This document shows positions 44,070 to 53,778 of a stretch of DNA of 64,000 nucleotides, in pieces (the first letter of the stretch is position 1; each line of letters opens with the position of its first letter). A program made the position numbers and the translations under genes. The notes below the pieces were generated by a model. It made no database searches and was not told the DNA's origin. It saw only the letters and a program-made list of their open reading frames with translations. The stretch is from a phage: assembly GCA_036253495.1 (NCBI GenBank), contig GCA_036253495.1_4125.1; one strand, 5' to 3'.

Positions 44070-44864
44070 ATGAGTACTATCGATGAATTGATTCGACGGA
44101 ATTCAAAATATTACCAACCATCAGAAATTGTGGATAATATTACTAAATCTGAGTTTGGACCTAATACTCGCAAACTCATTCATGTAATGTCTCGTGACGG
44201 CTTTAAATGTGATTGTTGTGGTGAATCCAATGTAGTATTCACTTTACATAAGCACAGTACTAAAGAACGTTATAAATTCAGACCTTATGTACTTAAAGGG
44301 AAACGTCTTGTACGCATGACGTTAGACCATAATGTACTGGACTGTCTCCAGGGTGGTAATGATAAAGAGAACATGACTGCACTGTGTGAGGATTGTAATG
44401 CCTTACGCCAGCATAAGTTCGCAGAGTACAGCGAGTTTAAGTACTGGTATCATAATGCAGACCGTTCAATTGAGCCTAATGTAAACTACTGCTTCATTGA
44501 GTACATCAAGAATGCAAAAGATACATACATTCTTAAATCCATGTCTCCGATTACAGTGTTTCCTGAGAATCTATTCAGTACTATGGAGCGTGATTTCAAG
44601 CGTGGTATCATCAATGCATTCAAGCACTTAGACAAAGGTATCAAGCACTTTGATGTTGAATGTTTAAATTCAGGTATGAATCATTTAGTACAAATTTACA
44701 TGAAATCGTTTATAGGTATTGACAGTGCACGACTACCAGTATATAATTACTTTATTGAAAGCGTAGAAGGTGAATCACTTCGTGATTATGGTGAAAGATT
44801 TAATAAGAAAGTTTTCACTGCAATAGCAAATGAGATTCATTACTATAAACCATATGTAATTTAA
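44070..44864 (+). CDS. HNH endonuclease-like protein
   Basis: CDCCGE ... DHNVLDCLQGGNDKENMTALCEDCN pattern (Cys pairs around His/Asn). Confidence 0.55.
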   Translation: MSTIDELIRRNSKYYQPSEIVDNITKSEFGPNTRKLIHVMSRDGFKCDCCGESNVVFTLHKHSTKERYKFRPYVLKGKRLVRMTLDHNVLDCLQGGNDKENMTALCEDCNALRQHKFAEYSEFKYWYHNADRSIEPNVNYCFIEYIKNAKDTYILKSMSPITVFPENLFSTMERDFKRGIINAFKHLDKGIKHFDVECLNSGMNHLVQIYMKSFIGIDSARLPVYNYFIESVEGESLRDYGERFNKKVFTAIANEIHYYKPYVI

Positions 44865-44878
44865 TTAGAGGAACTATC

Positions 44879-45046
44879 ATGCAAATCATTATCTTAATCG
44901 TTGGTATCGGTTTGGGCATCTATGGACATTCATGGGTAACTGAGAAGTTTCCTGACACCCGTCCAGATTACTGTACAACTAAAACTGAAAGTACTGAAAG
45001 TATTGGAACTAAGATCGATAAAGTAATCGAGGTGATTAAACAATGA
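44879..45046 (+). CDS. small membrane protein (55 aa)
   Basis: Short ORF with hydrophobic N-terminus; below ORF-track cutoff. Confidence 0.35.
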   Translation: MQIIILIVGIGLGIYGHSWVTEKFPDTRPDYCTTKTESTESIGTKIDKVIEVIKQ

Positions 45047-45134
45047 TGAAACTTAATATATTTCTGGTTGTATTCACTGTCGTTGTTATCGGTATTGGTG
45101 CACTGGCATATATCCAACCTTAAAGGAAAAATAA

Positions 45135-45335
45135 ATGTTTAAATCGAATACAAATGTTGGTAAGCAGGTTCAATTACTTGAAGACGTATCCACTATGAGT
45201 GGAACCTTCACTAAAGGTCACATCATGACTATTATTGCCGAAACATCCCGTGGCTGGGACTTGGAAGATGCTGATGGTAATCGCATCCTTGAGGCTGGCT
45301 TCTATGGTCATCGTGAATATAAAATCATTGATTAA
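45135..45335 (+). CDS. hypothetical protein
   Basis: AAAGGAAAAA RBS. Confidence 0.5.
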   Translation: MFKSNTNVGKQVQLLEDVSTMSGTFTKGHIMTIIAETSRGWDLEDADGNRILEAGFYGHREYKIID

Positions 45336-45433
45336 GGATGCAAACGTGACTTTAGAGATTATCGTTGGTATTGTTAGTTTTAGTCATCTGTGTTGGTTGG
45401 TTTGGGTATATGATGATTTTTAGTGATTAATAC

Positions 45434-45461
45434 TTGACAGAAGATATCAGTACTGTATAAT
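45434..45461 (+). promoter_or_regulatory. sigma70-type promoter with GTACTG-TATAAT extended -10
   Basis: TTGACA 45434-45439, TATAAT 45456-45461. Confidence 0.6.
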
Positions 45462-45506
45462 GTTTATATCAAACGAAATCCACTTTAACAAATGATAGGA
45501 AATATT

Positions 45507-45785
45507 ATGTCTTTTACCAAAGAAGAACGTGACCTTATTAAAAAAGCAATCTGGTTTTATGCTAATGAAGGGGAGTGCGATGAAGAAAAAGCACGTGAAC
45601 TGTGTAATATCCTTGAGCAGAAACAAGAACTGAAAGTGTATCGTATCCGTGTTTTGGATGAAGGGGATCGTATTGTCCTAGCTGAAACAAAAGAAGAAGC
45701 AGAACAAATCTTCACTGATAAAAACGAAAATCCACATTGGATGGAAGAAGTCTGTGAAGTAAAAAAAGGTACTTATATCGATTGA
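45507..45785 (+). CDS. hypothetical protein
   Basis: ATG 45507 with AGGA RBS. Confidence 0.5.
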   Translation: MSFTKEERDLIKKAIWFYANEGECDEEKARELCNILEQKQELKVYRIRVLDEGDRIVLAETKEEAEQIFTDKNENPHWMEEVCEVKKGTYID

Positions 45786-45810
45786 CTGTACTGAATAATA
45801 GCAGTATAAT
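45782..45810 (+). promoter_or_regulatory. sigma70-type promoter (TTGACT-17-TATAAT)
   Basis: TTGACT 45782-45787, TATAAT 45805-45810. Confidence 0.6.
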
Positions 45811-45903
45811 GTTTATATCAAAGGGAATGCAGTGAAAGGAAAGACAGCATAATCGTACTCGTCACTGCGTTCCCGCCCTTTTAAATTAAATGAGGAATTA
45901 ACT

Positions 45904-46212
45904 ATGTTTCAAACTAACACTCAAGGTTTTGTAATCATCGATTTGAATCAAAACAGCGGTTATTGGATGAAACCTACTGACGCATGTATGCAGTTTGATT
46001 TTTTAGGTTACAGGATTAGTGTAAGTACTGGTGCTTCTGTACTGCGTGGTGGTTGTATCGTTGAACATCTGGTAACTGATCCAGAAGGTCGTGAGTATGA
46101 AATCGCAGGTTCAGTACAAGATGCCATTATGTTTGTATGTCAGCGTGAAATGAATGGTTCGAATTCAAATGCACTGACTCATGCTCTTTCTCAAGAAGTG
46201 GAGGTTCGTTAA
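45904..46212 (+). CDS. hypothetical protein
   Basis: GAGGAA RBS. Confidence 0.5.
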   Translation: MFQTNTQGFVIIDLNQNSGYWMKPTDACMQFDFLGYRISVSTGASVLRGGCIVEHLVTDPEGREYEIAGSVQDAIMFVCQREMNGSNSNALTHALSQEVEVR

Positions 46213-46457
46213 TGAAATATATTGTAGCAGTACTAATTGCTTTCCTACTCACTGCATGTGATGCTTCAACAAAAGAACGAACTGGTGAGTTTGTTTTACC
46301 AACTGAACTCAAAGAAGCAGGGTGTAAGATTTATCGTATGCAACAGGAAGGTGCAGGTGCAACTTTGTACACTGTTTACTGTCCTAATGCAAACACTACT
46401 ACGTCTTATATGAGTGGTAAAGTTCGCGTGGATACATCTGTGGTTCATGGAGAATAA
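46212..46457 (+). CDS. putative lipoprotein
   Basis: TAATG overlap; signal peptide with lipobox-like LLTAC. Confidence 0.55.
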   Translation: MKYIVAVLIAFLLTACDASTKERTGEFVLPTELKEAGCKIYRMQQEGAGATLYTVYCPNANTTTSYMSGKVRVDTSVVHGE

Positions 46458-46459
46458 CA

Positions 46460-46828
46460 ATGAGTCTTGATACTACTCGTTCGGCAAATATCTTGGAACG
46501 TTTGAATGATGAAGAATATCTTGCTAATGCAAAATATCAGCTTGAAAAACTCATTCGAAATGTAAAATATGTTGATATCACTACACAGCTTCCACTAGAT
46601 GAATATCACAAGTTAAACGAAGATATTGTATATCACCCAAATGAAATTTGGATTGAGTGGGAATCATGGACTCATTCGGTTCTCCGTATCGAAGGATATT
46701 GTGTGAAATATGAAAGTTCACCAGGTGATTTTACAAAAAAACTGTCGATATTGTGCACTGACACACATGAAATAGTTGAGGTGAATTTGAATCATATGAA
46801 GGGTTGCCGTTGGGGAGATGTTAAATGA
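46460..46828 (+). CDS. hypothetical protein
   Basis: ORF with ATG 46460. Confidence 0.5.
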   Translation: MSLDTTRSANILERLNDEEYLANAKYQLEKLIRNVKYVDITTQLPLDEYHKLNEDIVYHPNEIWIEWESWTHSVLRIEGYCVKYESSPGDFTKKLSILCTDTHEIVEVNLNHMKGCRWGDVK

Positions 46829-47100
46829 TTAAAAAACTCTTGACGGTGTTTGTTGTATTCTGTACAATGTTTCTTACAGCATGTAATGATGACGGCAGGT
46901 TCAGTGCAAAAGACTTAGTTCGTCAGGATTGTACATTCACAGGTAAGTCTTTTATTAACGAATATGAAATATGTACACAAGCAGGACGTATTTGTGGGGG
47001 TTGGGAAAAACGTCAGGAGCGTCTGTATGTATATGATTGTCCAGGACACCTCAACAAAGTACTAAGCACACACAAACTTGTTTATGATAAGGTTGAATAA
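46825..47100 (+). CDS. putative lipoprotein
   Basis: ATGA overlap; signal peptide with lipobox-like FLTAC. Confidence 0.55.
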   Translation: MIKKLLTVFVVFCTMFLTACNDDGRFSAKDLVRQDCTFTGKSFINEYEICTQAGRICGGWEKRQERLYVYDCPGHLNKVLSTHKLVYDKVE

Positions 47101-47309
47101 TGACTACCAATGAAATGATGCAGGTTATTTGGAATAAAGGTTGTGATATTAAAATCACTAGTACTGATGTTCGTGTATTCAAAACTGAATACATGGAATA
47201 CTTGGACCTTGATACTTATAATAATATTGTATCAATTGAACACAAAGGTGCAGTACTGGAAACAATTGACGTTGTTCTCAAGAAAGCAACGGATTTATTG
47301 GGAGCATAA
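47100..47309 (+). CDS. hypothetical protein
   Basis: TAATG overlap. Confidence 0.5.
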   Translation: MTTNEMMQVIWNKGCDIKITSTDVRVFKTEYMEYLDLDTYNNIVSIEHKGAVLETIDVVLKKATDLLGA

Positions 47310-47310
47310 G

Positions 47311-47457
47311 GTGAACAATAAAGAATGGGAAGAGTACCGCAAGAAGTGCCGAGAGTTTGATAAAGAACTCACTGGTACTGTGAACGCAGTAATGTGGGTA
47401 TCTGCAATAATTGCAGTACTGGGACTGTTTGCAGTTATCATTAATAAGTTTTTTTGA
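47311..47457 (+). CDS. small membrane protein (48 aa)
   Basis: GTG start after GGAG RBS; C-terminal TM helix. Confidence 0.35.
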   Translation: MNNKEWEEYRKKCREFDKELTGTVNAVMWVSAIIAVLGLFAVIINKFF

Positions 47458-47466
47458 GGAATACAC

Positions 47467-47667
47467 ATGTTTACTTTATATCTAGCCGTAGTACTAACAA
47501 ATGGTGAAATCACACGTACATTCGGTGACGGTGTATATAAAACACCTGAGCAGTGTTATTCTGCGACACACTGGCCTCGTGATGCTGGTGAAGAAACTCG
47601 TACCGAATACAAATGTATGAAGGTCAAAGGTGACTTTGTTAACCTTAAGGTCATTGAGGTGAAGTAG
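47467..47667 (+). CDS. hypothetical protein with N-terminal hydrophobic segment
   Basis: GAGGAA RBS. Confidence 0.45.
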   Translation: MFTLYLAVVLTNGEITRTFGDGVYKTPEQCYSATHWPRDAGEETRTEYKCMKVKGDFVNLKVIEVK

Positions 47668-48173
47668 TGAATCTTAGTACTGATAAGTTTGTAAAGTTCA
47701 TAGAGTTTATCAACTTCAATGAGAGCTACAATGGTACGTACAATACTATGAATATTGTATCTGATAAAGTATTTGATAGTACAATGTTCTATTTGTATGA
47801 TACAAACGGTGATAAGCTGTGTGATGTTACATTCGGTATTGGTGATCTTTTTGAATCTGCGGTTTATCTATCTAAACCAACGGTGCGTGATACATATGAA
47901 ATTCACTTTCATAATAGACCGAATCACAAAAACATTGTAGAATATGATATACCATCATCACACGAACTGTTCATTGTAGATTACAGTACTGAAGAGGGTG
48001 TATTTCAAAGTTCATTGCTATACAACTTTGAACTACACGATCCTGATATTCCTAAAGTACTGGCAATTTCCAATAAGGTATGTGAATTGCCATATAACAT
48101 ATACATGTCAGTTCCTGGTAAAAGAGTAGGTAATTTCTGTAAAGCCTTTGACATACAAGCGGATGATAAATGA
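47667..48173 (+). CDS. FQ-motif paralog family protein
   Basis: GTG start; C-terminal STEEGVFQSSLLYNFELHD module. Confidence 0.55.
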   Translation: MNLSTDKFVKFIEFINFNESYNGTYNTMNIVSDKVFDSTMFYLYDTNGDKLCDVTFGIGDLFESAVYLSKPTVRDTYEIHFHNRPNHKNIVEYDIPSSHELFIVDYSTEEGVFQSSLLYNFELHDPDIPKVLAISNKVCELPYNIYMSVPGKRVGNFCKAFDIQADDK

Positions 48174-48394
48174 ACAGATACGTGATTGAATACGTGGGTA
48201 TATCTGAATTTGATAACATTCGTGGCTATGAAAAGGTCATGAGTGAACGCACGATATATGTTAGGGGTCGCGATGAAGCCCATGTTCTCTCTTTACTGTT
48301 AAATGACCTGACAAAGTTCAATACAACAAAGACACAACGTTATATTGAAACAATTAAATCTATTAAACTTTTAGACGAGGATGATGAAGAATGA
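48170..48394 (+). CDS. hypothetical protein
   Basis: ATGA overlap. Confidence 0.5.
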   Translation: MNRYVIEYVGISEFDNIRGYEKVMSERTIYVRGRDEAHVLSLLLNDLTKFNTTKTQRYIETIKSIKLLDEDDEE

Positions 48395-48603
48395 ATTTAT
48401 ATCTAGTAGAAGGTACAGTGCAGGTTTTCCGTTTTGATGGTGATCGTGGTATGCGTTTCTCACATGTTGAAGAATTTAAATTTGTCGTACATGCAGAAGG
48501 TGAGTACGAAGCAGAGATTAAAGTATCTGAATCCTTTGATAAGAAAGAAACAGTAGATGTACAGTATCAGCAACTACAATTTAAAGTGTGGCCTACGCTT
48601 TAA
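48391..48603 (+). CDS. hypothetical protein
   Basis: ATGA overlap. Confidence 0.5.
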   Translation: MNLYLVEGTVQVFRFDGDRGMRFSHVEEFKFVVHAEGEYEAEIKVSESFDKKETVDVQYQQLQFKVWPTL

Positions 48604-48607
48604 AAAC

Positions 48608-48636
48608 TTGACACGCATGTAAAAAGCGAGTATTAT
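48608..48636 (+). promoter_or_regulatory. sigma70-type promoter (TTGACA-17-TATTAT)
   Basis: TTGACA 48608-48613, TATTAT 48631-48636. Confidence 0.5.
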
Positions 48637-48667
48637 ATCTGTATTATGAATTAACTGAGGAATACGT

Positions 48668-49333
48668 ATGCTCGCCAATTTAAGTTACATTATTAGTGAT
48701 GATATGGTACAAAGTCGTGGTATGTATCTTGAGAAAGTTCCATACGATAGCGATGGTATCAAAGGAACTTTATACGAAAGTCGTTTTGACAGAAAGCATC
48801 CATTCTGGGAAAAGGCTAATCTAACGGAAGAAGATAGTAATCGTTTATTTTGTGCTGTGCAGACGCCTACACCTGGTATATTAGCGGGTTATGGTATAGA
48901 TAAAGTCATTAACTTTATGACAGACTATGAAGTTATTAAAAGTCTGCAATATATTAATACGAACAATGGTGAGTTCTATAATTCTGATGATTTTCTTGCT
49001 ATGTGTAGTGCTTCATATGAGAGTGAATTATTGCCAAGTGGTAGACCATTCCCATTGTCAACACATTGTAATTCCCCTTACGGTGTAGCTGACAACTTAC
49101 AGCAGATCCTTAAGAAACATAAGAATGTTCTTACATCTGAAATGGAAGTTGTTATTGGATTTCATCCAGTGTACAAGGAAGATCAACCTGAACATGGTGG
49201 GTGGCGTTGGCATAAGCACGGCACATACATTGGTACTCATAAGAAAAAGCATGAGTACTTGTATGATGAAGAAGGTATTGATGTTGTTTATTGTTACGAA
49301 CTAATCCCAGTAAAGAAAAAGGAAACACTATAA
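48668..49333 (+). CDS. hypothetical protein
   Basis: GAGGAA RBS. Confidence 0.55.
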   Translation: MLANLSYIISDDMVQSRGMYLEKVPYDSDGIKGTLYESRFDRKHPFWEKANLTEEDSNRLFCAVQTPTPGILAGYGIDKVINFMTDYEVIKSLQYINTNNGEFYNSDDFLAMCSASYESELLPSGRPFPLSTHCNSPYGVADNLQQILKKHKNVLTSEMEVVIGFHPVYKEDQPEHGGWRWHKHGTYIGTHKKKHEYLYDEEGIDVVYCYELIPVKKKETL

Positions 49334-49575
49334 TGTTAATTTTATACGTTGTACTGATTTTATTAGTTAACTTTTCTCCAACTATTTTAACTTTAGTATG
49401 GGGTAAATTTTATGATGCTGTAAAAGTATTTCTCTTGAATACTGCATGGGTATTGGTAAGTCTGACTCTTTATTGGTCTACTGATTGGATGATGATTGTG
49501 AGTCATATACTACTATATATTTCATTCCTAATGTTGTTCCAAGAAAAAGAAGTACTTGACAAACTTGAAGGTTAG
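49333..49575 (+). CDS. small membrane protein
   Basis: TAATG overlap; hydrophobic helices. Confidence 0.45.
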   Translation: MLILYVVLILLVNFSPTILTLVWGKFYDAVKVFLLNTAWVLVSLTLYWSTDWMMIVSHILLYISFLMLFQEKEVLDKLEG

Positions 49576-49607
49576 ACCTATAATATCCTTCTACTAAGGG
49601 GGATATT

Positions 49608-49868
49608 ATGGCAGTAGGGTTTGGTTCACCAGATAACCACCAAGAAACGATACAAGCAACTATTGATAATGCTATTGACTTTGCTCGCTCAAATCTGTAT
49701 AGTGGTGAGTCTGAAGAGTACTGCATCGACTGTGACTGTGAGATACCAGAGAAGCGGAGGTTAGTACTGAAGGGTGTAAAACGATGTGTTCAGTGTCAAT
49801 CAAAGGTTGACAAGGTATATCAAGAGCGTTATAATAGACGTGGAAGTAAAGACAGCCAACTCCGTTAA
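49608..49868 (+). CDS. hypothetical Zn-ribbon protein
   Basis: GGGGGA RBS; CIDCDC...CVQC motifs. Confidence 0.5.
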   Translation: MAVGFGSPDNHQETIQATIDNAIDFARSNLYSGESEEYCIDCDCEIPEKRRLVLKGVKRCVQCQSKVDKVYQERYNRRGSKDSQLR

Positions 49869-49888
49869 ATTAATATGAGGAACTACTA

Positions 49889-50221
49889 ATGTTATCATTT
49901 ATTCTTTCTATCCCTTGTTTTGTTCTTCTTTTTGTATTACTTTTTGAAGCATTCCAGAAAGATGAAGAAGTTAAAAATGACCTACGTAAACTATTCAATC
50001 TGGATAGTCCAGTAGTTGGGATCTTTTATGTTTTAGTATGTGTGTATGCTGTTGTGTGGCTATTGGGCTTTTTATTACCACTATCTACTGTACTTGCATG
50101 GATTTCCGTTGTTGAAAATTTAGTAGCTATTGTATGGTTTATTCAATGTTTGTTTAGTGGTTTGGTTTCTGATTGGATTTTCTTACTTAAAGTGAAGTTT
50201 AAATCAAAATCTGATAAGTAA
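49889..50221 (+). CDS. membrane protein
   Basis: GAGGAA RBS; multiple hydrophobic helices. Confidence 0.5.
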   Translation: MLSFILSIPCFVLLFVLLFEAFQKDEEVKNDLRKLFNLDSPVVGIFYVLVCVYAVVWLLGFLLPLSTVLAWISVVENLVAIVWFIQCLFSGLVSDWIFLLKVKFKSKSDK

Positions 50222-50312
50222 TAACCAAGTACTCATATAAAATACAGAATAGTATTAAATACTTGTGTACTAGTTAAGTACGCAAGTATTTTTTTATTAT
50301 TTTGAGGTTAAT

Positions 50313-50678
50313 ATGGGAAAGCTTACAATTATAATAGCCATGATAATGGCACTTAATGTTATGCCAGTTGAAGCTAACGAGGACGTTGCGTGGTTCGATT
50401 GCATAGGAAATGATGGACAGTGGCATACGTTTTCCAGTGATCCATATAATGGTACTGATATACTAATAGATGGTGAAAATTATCGTTTTGTTAGTGAAAG
50501 TAAAATTGGCAACAAAAAGGTATCGACATTTAGAACTGATTCTGGTATAATTGCTAATGTCATACTGATAGTTGATCCTGAAAATAATACAGGGGATATA
50601 TATGTAGTGGTTTACCGTGATCATTCCAATAAAAGAAGTCTGGATCTTGATAAACTTCATTTACATTGTCAAATATAA
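50313..50678 (+). CDS. secreted hypothetical protein (signal peptide)
   Basis: GAGG RBS; likely paralog of 51064..51417 (shared IDGxxY pattern). Confidence 0.55.
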   Translation: MGKLTIIIAMIMALNVMPVEANEDVAWFDCIGNDGQWHTFSSDPYNGTDILIDGENYRFVSESKIGNKKVSTFRTDSGIIANVILIVDPENNTGDIYVVVYRDHSNKRSLDLDKLHLHCQI

Positions 50679-50692
50679 TTTAAGGTAAATCT

Positions 50693-51067
50693 ATGTTCAA
50701 TAGTATCATTGGGTTCTCATTAGTACTTCCACAAATCATTTTTGGTATTTGTTTTGTAACTTTTATGATGGGGTCAATCTATGGTATATGGTATTACATT
50801 TTAAAACAATCAGATGGAATCATTTTAAAAATAACAATGCATTTTGATGTGGATTCACCAGCATGGAATTCATCTATTATTACCAATACATTGTATTTTA
50901 TGATGATCATTTTGGAACAATTGGGATTTGTATCTAATAGTAATGTTTCTATGACCGCAGGTATGGCAAGTATTTGTTGTTTGTGGTATATTGTTTATAA
51001 GATTGATGTGTTGTATAATATGTATCGTGAAATGGTATTGAACAGAGATATGCAGAGGAAAAAATGA
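50693..51067 (+). CDS. membrane protein
   Basis: AAGG RBS; hydrophobic helices. Confidence 0.5.
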   Translation: MFNSIIGFSLVLPQIIFGICFVTFMMGSIYGIWYYILKQSDGIILKITMHFDVDSPAWNSSIITNTLYFMMIILEQLGFVSNSNVSMTAGMASICCLWYIVYKIDVLYNMYREMVLNRDMQRKK

Positions 51068-51417
51068 TGAAAGTTATATTATTTTTTATGTGTATTATTA
51101 TGTGTGGTGTCTCTTATGCTGCACCCTTAGCCGGATTGCTTTGTAAAGAGAATTCTGAACAACACATATTCCAAGGGGATTCAGATGACCTTGATATCAT
51201 TTACATCGATGGTACTGAATATACATACGTTAAAGACCATACTGTTGGTGATATCAGTTTCACTGAATATGCAAAAACAGGTGACACTGATTATAGAGCC
51301 TACCTTCAAGTGAATATGATAGAGGGTGAAGACGGAACACAAGAAGTCAAACTCGTACTTAAACGTATTGGAGATAAGGAGGCTGATTTTGGAGGTGAGT
51401 GTACATATGATGATTGA
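51064..51417 (+). CDS. secreted hypothetical protein (signal peptide)
   Basis: ATGA overlap; likely paralog of 50313..50678. Confidence 0.55.
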   Translation: MMKVILFFMCIIMCGVSYAAPLAGLLCKENSEQHIFQGDSDDLDIIYIDGTEYTYVKDHTVGDISFTEYAKTGDTDYRAYLQVNMIEGEDGTQEVKLVLKRIGDKEADFGGECTYDD

Positions 51418-51425
51418 TTAAAAAA

Positions 51426-51457
51426 GGTTGACTAACGTCAGCCTTTTTTGTTATACT
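51426..51457 (+). promoter_or_regulatory. terminator-promoter composite cassette
   Basis: Hairpin GGTTGAC-TAAC-GTCAGCC plus T6; embedded TTGACT 51428-51433 and TATACT 51452-51457. Confidence 0.55.
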
Positions 51458-51596
51458 GATCCCAATATGCTTGCATTTCTTCAAGTTGATGTATATGAAG
51501 AAAGTAATGGCGAACAGTATGTTAAACTTGTGATGATGCGTAAGGCAGCAAAACAGGCAACATTCGGTGGCTTGTGTAAATATGAGGACTAAACAT

Positions 51597-51788
51597 ATGT
51601 TGATTTATCAATGTGATAACATTCGTGTTATACAGCATCCCTACTTACAAATCTTTGATGTGCAGCAGTATATGGAAGGTGATGACCCAAGAACCTATGG
51701 TCGTAAGTATGATTACTTCACTGTAAAGCAGTGTCGTAACATCAAAGAAGTACGACAATTAGTTCAAGAACTTCAAAATAAAGGTTGA
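51597..51788 (+). CDS. hypothetical protein
   Basis: ATG 51597 after GAGGACT RBS; track start 51567 is a non-ATG codon. Confidence 0.45.
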   Translation: MLIYQCDNIRVIQHPYLQIFDVQQYMEGDDPRTYGRKYDYFTVKQCRNIKEVRQLVQELQNKG

Positions 51789-51814
51789 CTTCGGTCAGCC
51801 TTTTTTGTTATAAT
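51783..51814 (+). promoter_or_regulatory. terminator-promoter composite cassette
   Basis: Hairpin GGTTGAC-TTCG-GTCAGCC plus T6; embedded TTGACT 51785-51790 and TATAAT 51809-51814. Confidence 0.65.
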
Positions 51815-51843
51815 CATTTCATCTACTACTGGGGATTTTAATT

Positions 51844-52284
51844 ATGTATGTATATCGTTTTGAACTTAAATTCAGTTATATTGAACCTAACTTAGATCCT
51901 GCAAAAACAGTAGGACCGTTCGCACGGTACTCTTCGCGATACAGTACTAAAAATGGATTTGAACGTTTGTGTATGACTACACCTTCGCAATTCCAACCTG
52001 AGCCAACTGAAGATGGGATCTATTCAATCAAACGTGGCTGGGCATTTGGATGCCAAAGTTTAAACGACCTGTTCAGATTCTTTACAATGGACTTAGGTAA
52101 ACTTCATCGTTCAGGATTTTCTGTTTTTGTGTATGAAGTTCCTGATAACCATGTAGACATTGGACATAACCAAGTGCAGTACTATTGTGGTAGTGCAAAA
52201 CTACTTCGTATTATGTCAGTAAAGGAAGCTAAAGAAGAATTTCGTGCTACAAGATTTAATAAGGAAGAGATGGCATATGGATAA
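51844..52284 (+). CDS. hypothetical protein
   Basis: GGGGA RBS. Confidence 0.5.
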   Translation: MYVYRFELKFSYIEPNLDPAKTVGPFARYSSRYSTKNGFERLCMTTPSQFQPEPTEDGIYSIKRGWAFGCQSLNDLFRFFTMDLGKLHRSGFSVFVYEVPDNHVDIGHNQVQYYCGSAKLLRIMSVKEAKEEFRATRFNKEEMAYG

Positions 52285-52633
52285 AACATCAACACGATTT
52301 GCAAAGTTCTTGAGTTATGAGATACCACAAGATCCGTATTTCGACCAACGTGACGATGAAGATTACATAAAGTTAACTCGTGAACTACGAAATAAGTTCC
52401 AACAGATTTTAAGTTCATACACTAATACACATCCACATTTAAAGTACTTCATTAAGGCAGATATAGATTCAGATGATTCTGAACTATCATTCCTTGAATA
52501 CACAGTTGAGTGTGTTGGGTATGTACCTGATAATAGTGTAATTAATCACAACAAAATAAAGTTCGACTTGTACGTTATTTGTGTTATAATGAACTTAATT
52601 GCACAAATGAACAACTATTCAATAGGGGATTAA
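52277..52633 (+). CDS. hypothetical protein
   Basis: In-frame ATG 52277; start uncertain. Confidence 0.45.
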   Translation: MDKTSTRFAKFLSYEIPQDPYFDQRDDEDYIKLTRELRNKFQQILSSYTNTHPHLKYFIKADIDSDDSELSFLEYTVECVGYVPDNSVINHNKIKFDLYVICVIMNLIAQMNNYSIGD

Positions 52634-52897
52634 ATGAAACTGAAATTGAACTATCATGGTTTTCGTCTGCGTGATGATGTGGAGTTCCTTCGTCGCACAC
52701 CAGGTGCTGAGTTGTTTTTAACTGAAATGGGTGTCCCATTTAAAGTCGAGCACATTGGTGACAATGACTGCCTGGTATATGATAATCAACCGGATATCAA
52801 CGTTCCGTGGTATTCTGAACATATGTACATTGATATGGCGGCTCGCTACAACTGTACGTTTGAAATTACATCTAAAGGTATTGCTATTCAATTCTAA
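52634..52897 (+). CDS. hypothetical protein
   Basis: GGGGA RBS. Confidence 0.5.
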   Translation: MKLKLNYHGFRLRDDVEFLRRTPGAELFLTEMGVPFKVEHIGDNDCLVYDNQPDINVPWYSEHMYIDMAARYNCTFEITSKGIAIQF

Positions 52898-52918
52898 TAG
52901 TCTGATGGACACGAGTAA

Positions 52919-53143
52919 ATGAAATACATGCTGGTGGCATTAATGTTTGTGAGCACAATAGTACAAGCCAGAATCAAGTACTTTGTGAAGTGTACAAACG
53001 TTAGCGGTGGCTACACAGAGACATATCAGGGTAAGTCGGTTAAGATGGCAATACACAATGATAGAGGAACAGTGATTTTCCTTGTGAATGATATAATCAT
53101 TTTGTACAAACCAGATGTACCATGTGAAGTAAAAAGATATTAA
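52919..53143 (+). CDS. secreted hypothetical protein (signal peptide)
   Basis: N-terminal hydrophobic leader ending VQA-R. Confidence 0.5.
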   Translation: MKYMLVALMFVSTIVQARIKYFVKCTNVSGGYTETYQGKSVKMAIHNDRGTVIFLVNDIIILYKPDVPCEVKRY

Positions 53144-53148
53144 ACTAC

Positions 53149-53180
53149 GGGGTTGGCATAAGTCAGCCCTTTTGTATAAT
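53149..53180 (+). promoter_or_regulatory. terminator-promoter composite cassette (degenerate copy)
   Basis: Hairpin GGGTTGGC-ATAA-GTCAGCCC plus T4; TTGGCA 53153-53158 and TATAAT 53175-53180. Confidence 0.5.
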
Positions 53181-53188
53181 GGTGACTT

Positions 53189-53767
53189 ATGAACCGTAAA
53201 GGTAAGTTTAAAGTATCAAAGAAGAATAAAAGTGGAAGGTTCAATGATATATGCTTAGGTTTTATCAAAGCACACAATAAACTTTCTGCCCTGAGTAGAA
53301 AGATAGTATCTAACAAGATTGATATTAGATATATAAGTACTAACAATAGTACAGGGAAAGATGCACATCCAACTGAAAATATTATTTCAGTATCCTTCGT
53401 ATACGATGGTCTGGACATTACGATAGATGATTACAGACGATACGGTACTGGGTTTATACGTATCTATTGCAGAGATGCATCTGATAAGCCGGAACGTATT
53501 CGTATTATCGGTACATTGAGTGCTGGTATATTTGAGTGGGAGATTGTTCAACTTAAAACTATCGATGAGTACACCACAAGTTCTAATATTATTGAGTTGA
53601 ATTGCAATGTGAAAGACCTCCCAAACTTGAGCGAAGAAGAATATTTTCAAGAAAGCTTGCTAACGCCAAATTTGGATGATATAATTAAACAATATAAGAC
53701 GATGGTGTACTTCTTCAAATGTATCAAACCTAAGACTTGTTTGATGAATATTGTCCGTGATCTATAA
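53189..53767 (+). CDS. FQ-motif paralog family protein
   Basis: C-terminal LSEEEYFQESLLTPNLDDI module. Confidence 0.55.
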   Translation: MNRKGKFKVSKKNKSGRFNDICLGFIKAHNKLSALSRKIVSNKIDIRYISTNNSTGKDAHPTENIISVSFVYDGLDITIDDYRRYGTGFIRIYCRDASDKPERIRIIGTLSAGIFEWEIVQLKTIDEYTTSSNIIELNCNVKDLPNLSEEEYFQESLLTPNLDDIIKQYKTMVYFFKCIKPKTCLMNIVRDL

Positions 53768-53778
53768 CAGGAAAAAAT